The notes beneath the pieces are model-generated. The model worked only from the letters and a program-made list of their open reading frames with translations, was not told the origin of the DNA and searched no databases. From Candidatus Micrarchaeota archaeon (GTDB lineage Archaea > Micrarchaeota > Micrarchaeia > Norongarragalinales > SBBD01), in the NCBI GenBank assembly GCA_038046605.1, contig JBBSVW010000035.1, positions 1 to 15,925 on the forward strand: DNA of 15,925 bases, in the 5' to 3' direction. The translations under genes were made by a program, and so were the position numbers. This document shows, piece by piece, positions 1 through 8,477 of this stretch (positions are counted from its first letter, which is position 1; the number at the start of each line of letters is the position of its first letter).

Positions 1-175
1 CATTAGGGAGGGCGCCTTTCTTGAATGAGTGTCCAAGGAAAGAGAGAAGCGATAGGATGCCGGTTTCAAGGCCGGGGATGTCCTGCCTTGGGATTTCTGG
101 AATGGGTAAAACTGCACGGCCCCTGCGTGTGGCGGGTTTTCTAGCCAAATCCTTCATTTTTCGCACTTTAACCAT
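1..175 (-). CDS. Probable next gene, 3'-partial, unknown function
   Basis: ATG at 175 (alternative in-frame ATG at 157), 22 nt after the giant gene stop. 58 open codons to the window edge: MVKVRKMKDLARKPATRRGRAVLPIPEIPRQDIPGLETGILSLLSFLGHSFKKGALPN. Confidence 0.5.
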   Translation of the reverse strand, partial: MVKVRKMKDLARKPATRRGRAVLPIPEIPRQDIPGLETGILSLLSFLGHSFKKGALPN

Positions 176-201
176 AATGTTTAGCCTTTGAAAAATATTA
201 A
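176..201 (-). promoter_or_regulatory. AT-rich spacer: possible oligo-T terminator and/or TATA-like element for the next gene
   Basis: Minus strand reads TTAATATTTTTCAAAGGCTAAACATT-ATG: a T5 run just after the stop, and TTAATAT 20-26 nt before the ATG at 175. Confidence 0.25.
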
Positions 202-3200
202 CGTTTGCTACCAAAACTCTTGAGCCTTGAGGCAACCGATTCGAGGTATGTGTCGGACATCCTGAAAAGCCCTTGCTTTAATTTATCGCTTGCGATTTTT
301 AGCTCGAGCTCCACATCATAGGTGTCAACCCCTTTTGCCTTGAGCGCATCAATCTGGACCCTTGCAGCTTCCACCTTTTGCTGTATCCCGGTTATTTGCT
401 GGAGCTCTTCTTCAGTCAAGGCAAATGTCGAGTGGAGAAGGGGCCGAAATGCGACAAACCACGGCTTGCCTTCATTGTACTCGGGGTTTTGCACAAGGCC
501 AGTCCCGATGGTGAGCTTGGTTATCTTGCTGGCATATTCGCCGCCATACTTTGTCTTGACCCTGCCAATATCCCCTTCGTATTTTGTGCGGAGCTGGATT
601 TCATTTGCAATGTTGGCACGAACGGCGCCCTTGAAATCAAGGAGCACTTGCGAAATCATGAACATTCCAAGACCCCACTTACGGAACTCGCGGTAGCCCC
701 TTTCAAGTTGGGCGTAGGCGCCCTTGCCCCCATATTTGGGAAGCAGGCGATGGACTTCATCGTAAACTATTAGGAGCTTAAGCTCCTTTGATTCAAGGGG
801 CCTCATATCGAAAACTGCCTGGATGGAGCGCTTGACAAAGCCGTCGAGCTGCGCCGGCTGCAATTTGTTCATGACAAACACGGTGATTTCGCCGGGGATC
901 AGGTACTTCTTGTATTCTATTGGCTGGTTGGGATCTAGGACATTTATGATGTTTGTCTTGTAGCTTCTTGCATCCTCGGGCTTCATTGCAAATTTGGGAT
1001 AGAGGGCAAGCATTTGCTTATCCTTGTTTGGCCGGATGTATCCCGTCCACTGCGCGGTTGGATCGAACACCACAACTGGCACATTGCGCTTGAGCAATTC
1101 CTCGACAACGACCTGCGCTGAAACCGATTTTCCAGAGCCCGTGCCTCCCGCCGCAATTGAGTGTGTCTGCAATTTATCCATATCAAAGTACGCCGTCACA
1201 TCGGTTTCGGCAATGCGGCCAACTGGTATTGCACGCGGACCTGCCTGCGGGAGCTTCTTATAGTCCATCGGGATGATGTAGCGCTGGCCTTTGAGCTTGC
1301 GCTGCTGGTAAACCGCATATGCGCGCTTTCCCCCGACAAAGAGGATGATTCCAAGGATCAGGGCGTATGTAAGCCAGCTTGAAGTGACGGTTTGCACAAC
1401 CAAACCTGTTACGGAAGTTCCGGTGACTTCGACGGAATCGGACCCAATTGAAACTTTTCTTCCTTCTAGGTAGGTTGCAGTTACCTGGAAGATGTATATT
1501 CCCGGCTCAGCATCACCCGGAACCTTTGCGGTTTGCGATCTTGTGACAAGATCAGAAATCTGCACGGTTTCAGAGGAGGTGTAAATTGTCTTGTCCTCTG
1601 AGAGGGTCTTTAGGGTGTATTGAAGCGAAACATCCGTTGCCGCCTCCGCCTCGCCGCGGTTTACGATAGTTATTTCAGCGCGGACATTATCTCCAGGCCG
1701 GACAACTTTAGAGAGCACAGAAACCTTCACATCAAGGAGCGGGTCTTTTGATTTTTCTATGCGCAAGGTAACCGGAGTTATCTTCACGACATTTCCAAGC
1801 TTCACAATTATGTCGGCAGTGTAAATTCCGGGGAATGTGGTATCTGGGACGCTGATTAATACCTTGATGGATTCAAGCGTCCGGCTTTTCACAGTTGTTG
1901 TTGGCTTTTCTATGCTAAGGAAGGCTGCGGCATCGCCTTCGATAATAAAGCTTCCAAGCAGATCAACATCAAGGTTGTTCACCAAATCGATTACCTGGGT
2001 GCGCTTATCCCCGGGCTTAAGTGTTAGGTCAATTGAGCTCGACCGCACTTCAGGGGGCCCAATCCGGCCGCCATCGCCTCCTGCGCCGCCCGAACCATTG
2101 CCTGCGCCGGCGCCTCCAGCCCCGCCTGCGCCAGTTGATGGGGTTGCGGTTCCTCCGGCACCTGCACTCGAACCGCCGCCTCCTGCACCAGCGCCAGTGC
2201 CTGCGCCCCCACCACCAATTGTTGCGGTTGCAGATGGCGTTGCGGTAACAGTCACATTCGGAGCGGGGCAATCCGTTGAGCAAACAGCAGTGCTCTCACC
2301 AGTTGATGCCTCGCAAATTCCATTCCCGCAAACATATTCCGCAAGTGCGTAGGCCATGCTCGCATTTGTTGAGGTATAGGTGATGATCCCTTTTGATGGG
2401 TCCCTAAAGGCGCTTTGGCGCGTCCAGTTAAGCGTGCATCCAGACATTGGCGAATAGGCGGAACAGCTATAGATGCCCAAGTTGCTTTCGAGGGAATACG
2501 GAAGGCCAAGGTAGTTGAATGAGACATTTGATGAAGTGTAGGTCAGGTTCACATAGTATATTACACCTGCAAGCGCGCCAGCGCCAATCCTGGTTGTTGG
2601 AATTAATCCAAAGCGCAGTGGATCTGCATAATCCATTGTGAGCGGGACCTGGGTTAGGAGAAGGGATTTACTTTGGAGGCTCGCGTTAACATAATAGGTG
2701 TCGTTGAAAACCGTTTGGTTGTAGTGCCCGGAGGAATTTGCTTGGAAGGCATATAATTGCGAGCTTAGGTTTGCTGATGAATAGAGCCTAAATTCGGGCT
2801 GTAGGGCAGGCTGGGAAATCTGCTCCAAATCAAGCGCCCTTCCGGCAAAAACTATTGCGCTTCGCACAAGGAATGAGCCGGAGGTGTAATTGCAGTTGCT
2901 TGATGCGTCGCACACCTTGGCATTGACGGTATAATTGCCGATTTGGGATGTGTTTTGGAACGAATTCAAATAAAGGTATGAATCGCCGCTCCTTGATGCG
3001 AAGTTGAAAACGATTGTGCTAACGCTCCCGGATGGATATGTGATGTTTGCAACAACCGCGGAGGAATTCTGGAACATCGTGCCCGTGTCGTTTGCATTGA
3101 TTGTGATGTTTATCTGGCTGCTCTTGATCACAGTACTTGCGGAGGAGTATGAAACCTGGGGAGGCGTCGTGTCGGTGTAGCCGATTGCACGGATCTCGAT

Positions 3201-6200
3201 TTTTGTCAGGTTAAGGCGCCTTGCCAGGTCGAAGAATGTCACATTCAAGTCATAACTTTTGCCGGTTGCAAGGGAGGGCGCGGTGAAATTAAGGGTCCAC
3301 AGGCCCGATGAAAATGTTTGGGAGGTTAAGGAAACAAGGGTCTTGGTGGAGCTATCCTGGAGAGTCACATTGAAACTTACATTTGCGGATAAGGCGCCAG
3401 CACCATAGGTCGCATTCACGACAACAGAAAGCGCATTGCCCGGATTCACATTAAGCACCGGCGCCGATTCAGTTGGGCTTAAAATAATTCCGTAGAACGG
3501 ATGCACCGTCAGGTTGATGAACGTGGCCTTTTCGGGAGGCGTTGCGGTTGCATTTTGCGTGGTGGCATTGCCAACATAATTGGTAAGAACGGAAACGGAT
3601 GGGGCTGAATAGTTTATCTGGAACCCACTAGAGCCAAGTGCGGATATGAGAAGGCTTGAGGCATTGAACACAAGGTAGGGCGAAACGTTGCCTTGGCCAA
3701 TAATTGCTACATAAAGGATCTGGTTCCCGATGTTTGTTACGGATGCGACGGTTATTTCGCCGCTTTGACCGGTTATGACTTCCGCATTGATCGACGAGGG
3801 GGATTGCGTCCAGCTAAGGTTTGACGGCACGGTAATGGAAAATATGGCGGTATCTCCGGTGTTGTTCGAGCCGTTTGCAACAATTGTTCCGGTGTAAACT
3901 CCGGATGCAAAGCCGGAGGTTACGGTAACTGTTGCGTTAACCTGCTGCGAAGAACCAGTTGGCAGGAAGGATATCGAGGATGGCAAAAATGAAACCGTGA
4001 ACGAAGAGCAGGCACTTCCGCTTGCGCAGCTATAGGTGATGCCGGTTAGGTTTGTTGTTCCATCTGAAATTATGGTAAATGGTACGGTTCCGGAAGTGCC
4101 AGCCGAGATGATTTGGGAAATTGTTGTTTCATTTATATTCAATACCGCATTTTGCCCAACAATTATTTGCAGCTGTGTGATGTTCGAACTCGCCGTCCCA
4201 TCCAGGTTGGTCCAATTAATCGTAAGGTTTGCAACGTATGCTCCAGCAGGCGTTCCTGCATTTGCAACAAAGGTAATTGCAAGGGTAGAATTGGATGAAG
4301 CATAAATCGTACCCCGAACGCCTGAATTGGGGGATACGGAAAAGTTTTGCGGCATCGAGATATTGAAAGTGGAATTGAGAGCGCGGGCATAGCCTAAATT
4401 GTTTATTGATAGGTTTATTGTCGTATTGGCATCGGAGGATAAGGTCACATTCGAAATGGTTATTTGGGGGCTTTGGAAGGATAGGTTGGTTTGGGAATAG
4501 GCTGTAATATTGAATTCGGATGAGCAATCGACCAGGTTGCTTGTGTCATTTGCGCAAACCTTAATGGAATGATTTCCGGAAATTGTGGAATTGTAAACGC
4601 CGGAATATATTGTGCTATTCTTTGTTAGGAATTGCTGCACGGTCGAACCGTTTCTTGTCACATTTATCCAAACGGATGAAACGCCAAAATTGTCCGTGAC
4701 ATTTGCGGAAATCGTCGAATTGCCGAAAGTTATTTCAAAATTCGCCGGAATGCCAGTGGCATTTTGTATTATTGGGGGGAGATCGGTAATGTTTAGGCCG
4801 ATGCTAATGGTTTGGGATGAGGGGGTCCCATTGCTCGAGAGCAGTGTTATGGTTCCGGGGTAAAAGCCAGGGGTCGTGCTTGCTGGAACGGAATAGCTCA
4901 CATTGACAACGCGCGTTATTTGCTTATCTATATCAACTGCAAGAACCGAAAAGCCATCGAAAAGTAGGTAGGGTGAGGCTATGCCGGAGGTTGCAAAGGT
5001 GAAGGTGGATTTAATGTTCCCGTTGTTTGTGACGGAGATATTTCCAAATATTGCAGAAGTGTTCGGCGCAATGGTCAGGTTTCCAAAAGTGGATGGCACC
5101 CTAACCCACGAGCCATTGGAGGGGATCGTGAAATTGACAAGTACCGTATCCAAAAGTCCGCTCGCATTTGCCTGGATGAATGTCCAGAAGGATCCGGGAG
5201 GCTGGGTTGGAGGTATGGAAATAGCTATGTTGGATGTGAAATTATCACCCGCATTAAGAAGGCCTTGGAAGCTTGGTGAAATGGATAGGATGCACGAAGG
5301 GCAAAGCGTCGCTATATCGCCGCCTATAGCGGTCAATTGCACATTGAGCAGGCGCTCATTTCCAGTTGCCGCAGATGTTATGTTTGAAACGACTCCGGAA
5401 AATCCGCTTTGGACATCCAATGCCATTGGAGAGTTGAGAATGTCAACAATTGGATTTGCGGATACCACTATCGTCGAGGTATTTTGATTTGTGGAAATCG
5501 TAAGATCGGCATTTTTCCAGCTGGCATTCACAACCAGGGCAATTAATTTTTGCGCAGTCCTAGGAAGCACGGTAACGGTTACAGCCCAGGCGCAGGTTTG
5601 ATTCGGCTGAAGCGTTCCACACGCCTCGAATGCATCGTTGTAGGAAACCTCGGATGATGAATCATCATATATGGTAAGGTTGGTTCCGTACATGGGAACG
5701 GGCCCGCGGTTTGTCAGGTTTAGCGCAATTGCAAAGGTATAGCCAGATGATTGGGTTATGCCTGAAGCGATAACCGATATCGGCAGTAGGAAAACCGTGG
5801 AATTGGTTTTTCCAAGGGAAACAAAATAGCCCGCAAAGGAATAATTCGCATTGTTTTCCGGGGGCGCATCTATTGCAACAATCGTGACATTATAGGTGCC
5901 ATTGATTGTGGGTGTGTAATTTACGGCGTAGGTTCCGTTTACAATTTGCGGCATTGTAACGTTTTGTATTGTGCCATTTGGCCAGTTGATGGAGGCATAA
6001 ACGCTGCTAATTGAAGTGTCATCTGAAACCGCTGCGGTAATCTGCGTAAAATTGAGGTTGGTTTCAAGGGATTGATTTGGGATGATGGACGAATTGTGTA
6101 TTATGGGGGCGCGAGTGTCAAGTTCGGTCACATATACCGTCGATGAGTTGATGTTTGCACTGTAGAATTTCGGCTGGTCGTCATAAATTACGCATGTGAA

Positions 6201-8342
6201 CGATACAAGGCCTTTGACTGTTGGGGAAAAGGTGAAGTTGGTGTAGCCCGATGAATTTGTGGTTAAGTTTTGTGTCAGGTTCCCTCCGGAATAATTGTAT
6301 GAGAACGTAATGTTGTAACTTCCAACCCCTACGCTGCTATCGTGGTCAAATACACGGCAGGATACGGAAACATTCAGGGGATAGGTTAGGGATGTGCCAT
6401 TGGCCGGGTAGACAACGGATACATCGGATAAACCGGAAATGCGGATCAGGGCGCTTTTTATATCAGTATCGTAGAAGGATTTTGATGAGGCCGCGGTGAA
6501 ATTCCTATAGCCCGTTGTTTGCGTGATCAGGGGGAGGGCAACCGGCGCGGTATTTGAGGTTGTGGTCGAAATTTGGCCCGTTTCATTCGTCCAAACAACA
6601 GTTAGGGCAATTGTATTCCTGTTTTCATCCAAAACAGTGGCTGCAAGATCGGCCGATTGGGTCTTGCTGTAGAATGAGCCGTTTAGGGGCGCAGTTATAT
6701 TCGAAACCAAAATACCGTTAACAGTTATTGTGGTGTAGTTGGTATCCGAATCCTCATTGCCGGATTTTGTTGCGTTCATGTGGAGAACGTAGGTGCTAGG
6801 GGTTGCATTCTCATTTGGGTTGAAGTAAACCGAGCAGTAGCCCTGTGAATTAGTCGTGCAATTGGATAGGAGGGAATAAGTTGAATTATATAGCCAAACA
6901 GCGGCGCTTGCGGCCGAGCCAATATTTGCATCTTTTACGTGGATTGTGATGTTGCTTTGGTTTGGCGCAAAGGAATTGTTCCGGTATATGGAGGGGTAGT
7001 CTGGGGAAATCGAATCAATCACAAGCTGCCTTCTGATAATGATTGTGATATTGGCTGAATCCGAGGAAGTATTGTAGTAGAGGTAGGAATTATTCAGTAT
7101 TGCGCAGGAGATGTCATATGAGCCAGCGCCATCTGATGAGGTGGCCCATTGCCAGGTGGTTGAGCCATTTGATGAGGCATTTGAATTTTGCTGCAGGGTG
7201 CCATTCTTGAAGAAACTCACGGGATAGTTTGTAATGTTGGCTTGGGTGTCATTGTCCGCAACACCGCATATTACATCCACAATGGTTCCCGAAACGATCT
7301 GGGAGCCATTGGAGGGCGAATAAATCAATGGCCTGCTCCAGCCGTGAATGTATAGAGGGGTGGAATTTGTCCCATTGTCAAAATAGTTACGGGAAGCATT
7401 CGTATTGATCGTGGTTAGGCCCAGCTTGTATTTCGGGGGAACGGTCCAATTGGCGGAATAGTTCCTTGCAAGAAGAGCAAAGGACTCATTGTACCAATCC
7501 ACATTGGCATCGTTTATCGAAACAGAGCAATCATCAATCACCTGCGTAATGAAGCTTCTGTTGTAATTTCGCTGGGCAACCGCATTTGCAAAATTGGGAA
7601 GGATTGCCGTTTGCAGCTGGCCGTAAACGGTCAGGGTCGTATTGCTGGAGTTGACGGTTCTGTAGCAGCTATCCGTTGTCCGGGCGTACCAATATTGAAC
7701 CGAAGCATTTGTGGTGCAGGCGGGATCGTGCGTAGTTTGGCAATAGCCGCTGCTTGAACTGCAGCTGTAATTCACATCATAGAGGGAATTGTTCCTAGTA
7801 ACAAAGATCGTCGCATTAGTGGAATTGGGATAAATGCCATAATCCGTATCGAAAATCCTGACCTTTAGCAGGGCGGAATTCGAGCTGTTCCTCCTAACTG
7901 TAGCATTACTATCGGAATCAATCAAAACCGTGACATCGTCCACATCCATTATGAATGTTTTGTTTGAGGTATTTGCAGTGAACCCGAATTGGTCTGTTGT
8001 TGAGAAGTAATAAAAGTTGGGCCCAATATCTGCACAGGTAAAGTGGGTTTGGAAATCGGTGGAGGTATTCTGGCCCCCGATTGTGGTGACATTTCGGATG
8101 TCAACTTGGGTATAATTCACCCCATTTAGGCTCTTCCAAACGCTTACAGTGTTGATGTTTTGATCCTGGTCGGTGATGTCGACATGGAATGTGTAAAGGG
8201 CGCCCCATCCATCGCTGGTTGGAGTTACAAAATCATTTGAGAGCGTTGGCGATGACCCAAGGAAGAAAGCCTGCGATTTTACAGTGGAATTCGAGAGGTA
8301 GTAGGATTTGGAGACATCAATTGTGGCATTGTAATAGCCCAT
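198..8342 (-). CDS. C-terminal part of the giant surface protein: Ig-like repeats, Cys-rich motif, Gly linker, TM helix and HerA/DUF87-like ATPase (frame open up to 8471)
   Basis: 2714-aa ORF with abundant N-x-S/T sequons, one hydrophobic helix, Walker A GGTGSGKS and Walker B LLIVYDEVH; ends at TAA 198..200. The Met at 8342 lies mid-repeat, with no signal peptide and no evident Shine-Dalgarno sequence. Confidence 0.9.
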   Translation of the reverse strand: MGYYNATIDVSKSYYLSNSTVKSQAFFLGSSPTLSNDFVTPTSDGWGALYTFHVDITDQDQNINTVSVWKSLNGVNYTQVDIRNVTTIGGQNTSTDFQTHFTCADIGPNFYYFSTTDQFGFTANTSNKTFIMDVDDVTVLIDSDSNATVRRNSSNSALLKVRIFDTDYGIYPNSTNATIFVTRNNSLYDVNYSCSSSSGYCQTTHDPACTTNASVQYWYARTTDSCYRTVNSSNTTLTVYGQLQTAILPNFANAVAQRNYNRSFITQVIDDCSVSINDANVDWYNESFALLARNYSANWTVPPKYKLGLTTINTNASRNYFDNGTNSTPLYIHGWSRPLIYSPSNGSQIVSGTIVDVICGVADNDTQANITNYPVSFFKNGTLQQNSNASSNGSTTWQWATSSDGAGSYDISCAILNNSYLYYNTSSDSANITIIIRRQLVIDSISPDYPSIYRNNSFAPNQSNITIHVKDANIGSAASAAVWLYNSTYSLLSNCTTNSQGYCSVYFNPNENATPSTYVLHMNATKSGNEDSDTNYTTITVNGILVSNITAPLNGSFYSKTQSADLAATVLDENRNTIALTVVWTNETGQISTTTSNTAPVALPLITQTTGYRNFTAASSKSFYDTDIKSALIRISGLSDVSVVYPANGTSLTYPLNVSVSCRVFDHDSSVGVGSYNITFSYNYSGGNLTQNLTTNSSGYTNFTFSPTVKGLVSFTCVIYDDQPKFYSANINSSTVYVTELDTRAPIIHNSSIIPNQSLETNLNFTQITAAVSDDTSISSVYASINWPNGTIQNVTMPQIVNGTYAVNYTPTINGTYNVTIVAIDAPPENNANYSFAGYFVSLGKTNSTVFLLPISVIASGITQSSGYTFAIALNLTNRGPVPMYGTNLTIYDDSSSEVSYNDAFEACGTLQPNQTCAWAVTVTVLPRTAQKLIALVVNASWKNADLTISTNQNTSTIVVSANPIVDILNSPMALDVQSGFSGVVSNITSAATGNERLLNVQLTAIGGDIATLCPSCILSISPSFQGLLNAGDNFTSNIAISIPPTQPPGSFWTFIQANASGLLDTVLVNFTIPSNGSWVRVPSTFGNLTIAPNTSAIFGNISVTNNGNIKSTFTFATSGIASPYLLFDGFSVLAVDIDKQITRVVNVSYSVPASTTPGFYPGTITLLSSNGTPSSQTISIGLNITDLPPIIQNATGIPANFEITFGNSTISANVTDNFGVSSVWINVTRNGSTVQQFLTKNSTIYSGVYNSTISGNHSIKVCANDTSNLVDCSSEFNITAYSQTNLSFQSPQITISNVTLSSDANTTINLSINNLGYARALNSTFNISMPQNFSVSPNSGVRGTIYASSNSTLAITFVANAGTPAGAYVANLTINWTNLDGTASSNITQLQIIVGQNAVLNINETTISQIISAGTSGTVPFTIISDGTTNLTGITYSCASGSACSSFTVSFLPSSISFLPTGSSQQVNATVTVTSGFASGVYTGTIVANGSNNTGDTAIFSITVPSNLSWTQSPSSINAEVITGQSGEITVASVTNIGNQILYVAIIGQGNVSPYLVFNASSLLISALGSSGFQINYSAPSVSVLTNYVGNATTQNATATPPEKATFINLTVHPFYGIILSPTESAPVLNVNPGNALSVVVNATYGAGALSANVSFNVTLQDSSTKTLVSLTSQTFSSGLWTLNFTAPSLATGKSYDLNVTFFDLARRLNLTKIEIRAIGYTDTTPPQVSYSSASTVIKSSQINITINANDTGTMFQNSSAVVANITYPSGSVSTIVFNFASRSGDSYLYLNSFQNTSQIGNYTVNAKVCDASSNCNYTSGSFLVRSAIVFAGRALDLEQISQPALQPEFRLYSSANLSSQLYAFQANSSGHYNQTVFNDTYYVNASLQSKSLLLTQVPLTMDYADPLRFGLIPTTRIGAGALAGVIYYVNLTYTSSNVSFNYLGLPYSLESNLGIYSCSAYSPMSGCTLNWTRQSAFRDPSKGIITYTSTNASMAYALAEYVCGNGICEASTGESTAVCSTDCPAPNVTVTATPSATATIGGGGAGTGAGAGGGGSSAGAGGTATPSTGAGGAGGAGAGNGSGGAGGDGGRIGPPEVRSSSIDLTLKPGDKRTQVIDLVNNLDVDLLGSFIIEGDAAAFLSIEKPTTTVKSRTLESIKVLISVPDTTFPGIYTADIIVKLGNVVKITPVTLRIEKSKDPLLDVKVSVLSKVVRPGDNVRAEITIVNRGEAEAATDVSLQYTLKTLSEDKTIYTSSETVQISDLVTRSQTAKVPGDAEPGIYIFQVTATYLEGRKVSIGSDSVEVTGTSVTGLVVQTVTSSWLTYALILGIILFVGGKRAYAVYQQRKLKGQRYIIPMDYKKLPQAGPRAIPVGRIAETDVTAYFDMDKLQTHSIAAGGTGSGKSVSAQVVVEELLKRNVPVVVFDPTAQWTGYIRPNKDKQMLALYPKFAMKPEDARSYKTNIINVLDPNQPIEYKKYLIPGEITVFVMNKLQPAQLDGFVKRSIQAVFDMRPLESKELKLLIVYDEVHRLLPKYGGKGAYAQLERGYREFRKWGLGMFMISQVLLDFKGAVRANIANEIQLRTKYEGDIGRVKTKYGGEYASKITKLTIGTGLVQNPEYNEGKPWFVAFRPLLHSTFALTEEELQQITGIQQKVEAARVQIDALKAKGVDTYDVELELKIASDKLKQGLFRMSDTYLESVASRLKSFGSKR
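201..404 (-). other. C-terminal amphipathic helical / coiled-coil tail
   Basis: LTEEELQQITGIQQKVEAARVQIDALKAKGVDTYDVELELKIASDKLKQGLFRMSDTYLESVASRLK: charged helical pattern, no prolines. Confidence 0.6.
405..1230 (-). other. HerA/FtsK-superfamily P-loop ATPase domain (DUF87 / HerA-like)
   Basis: HSIAAGGTGSGKS (Walker A, 1125..1148), VVVFDP strand, LLIVYDEVH (Walker B, 750..776), REFRKWG arginine-finger motif (672..692) followed by MFMISQ. This motif order is characteristic of HerA/VirB4/TrwB-type ATPases. Boundaries are approximate. Confidence 0.9.
1329..1376 (-). other. Single transmembrane helix
   Basis: WLTYALILGIILFVGG followed by basic KRAY..QQRKLK; the positive-inside rule puts the ATPase in the cytoplasm. 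Confidence 0.85.
2067..2216 (-). repeat. Gly/Ala-rich low-complexity flexible linker (GC-rich cryptic repeats)
   Basis: GGGGAGTGAGAGGGGSSAGAGGTATPSTGAGGAGGAGAGNGSGGAGGDGG; recurrent cctgcgcc / cctgcac motifs on the + strand. Confidence 0.9.
2268..2330 (-). other. Cys-rich motif CGNGICE-x4-E-x4-C-x2-DC
   Basis: CGNGICEASTGESTAVCSTDC, a four-Cys CG(N/D)GxC-type module of the kind seen in archaeal surface proteins and myxobacterial cysteine-rich repeats. Confidence 0.75.
3501..6119 (-). repeat. Second, older tandem duplication: a ~430-445-aa multi-Ig module x2
   Basis: DTRAPII...ITAAVSDD...WKNAD...FTIPSNGSW...SVTNNGN (starts 6119) parallels DLPPII...ISANVTDN...WTNLD...ITVPSNLSW...SVTNIGN (starts 4784); offset 1335 nt. 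Confidence 0.8.
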
Positions 8343-8477
8343 GGGCTGCGAGCTTGATGGCCAGGTGCAGTTGTATGTGCCCCCGCCTGAAAGTATGTCA
8401 GTGCATGATTTGTCGCCGCCTACATTGGCCCTAACTTTGAAGGTGGTTGTTGCACTTGCAACAAGTGAACATTAATC

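Noticed and set aside
1837-2352. 171-aa Pro-rich plus-strand ORF and other short antisense or alternative-frame ORFs
   Set aside because: These are shadows of the giant gene: the Pro-rich run mirrors the Gly linker, and the duplicated MAHHKRRARK ORFs simply reflect the DNA repeat.
7330-7344. 15-nt match (GWSRP) to the start of A-type units at 12994..13008
   Set aside because: The flanking sequence does not continue as an A unit and the spacing (867 nt) is off-period; probably coincidental.
8431-8472. TAATG stop-start overlap giving translational coupling
   Set aside because: The overlapping ATG is out of frame with the downstream ORF and yields only MFTCCKCNNHLQS followed by a stop.
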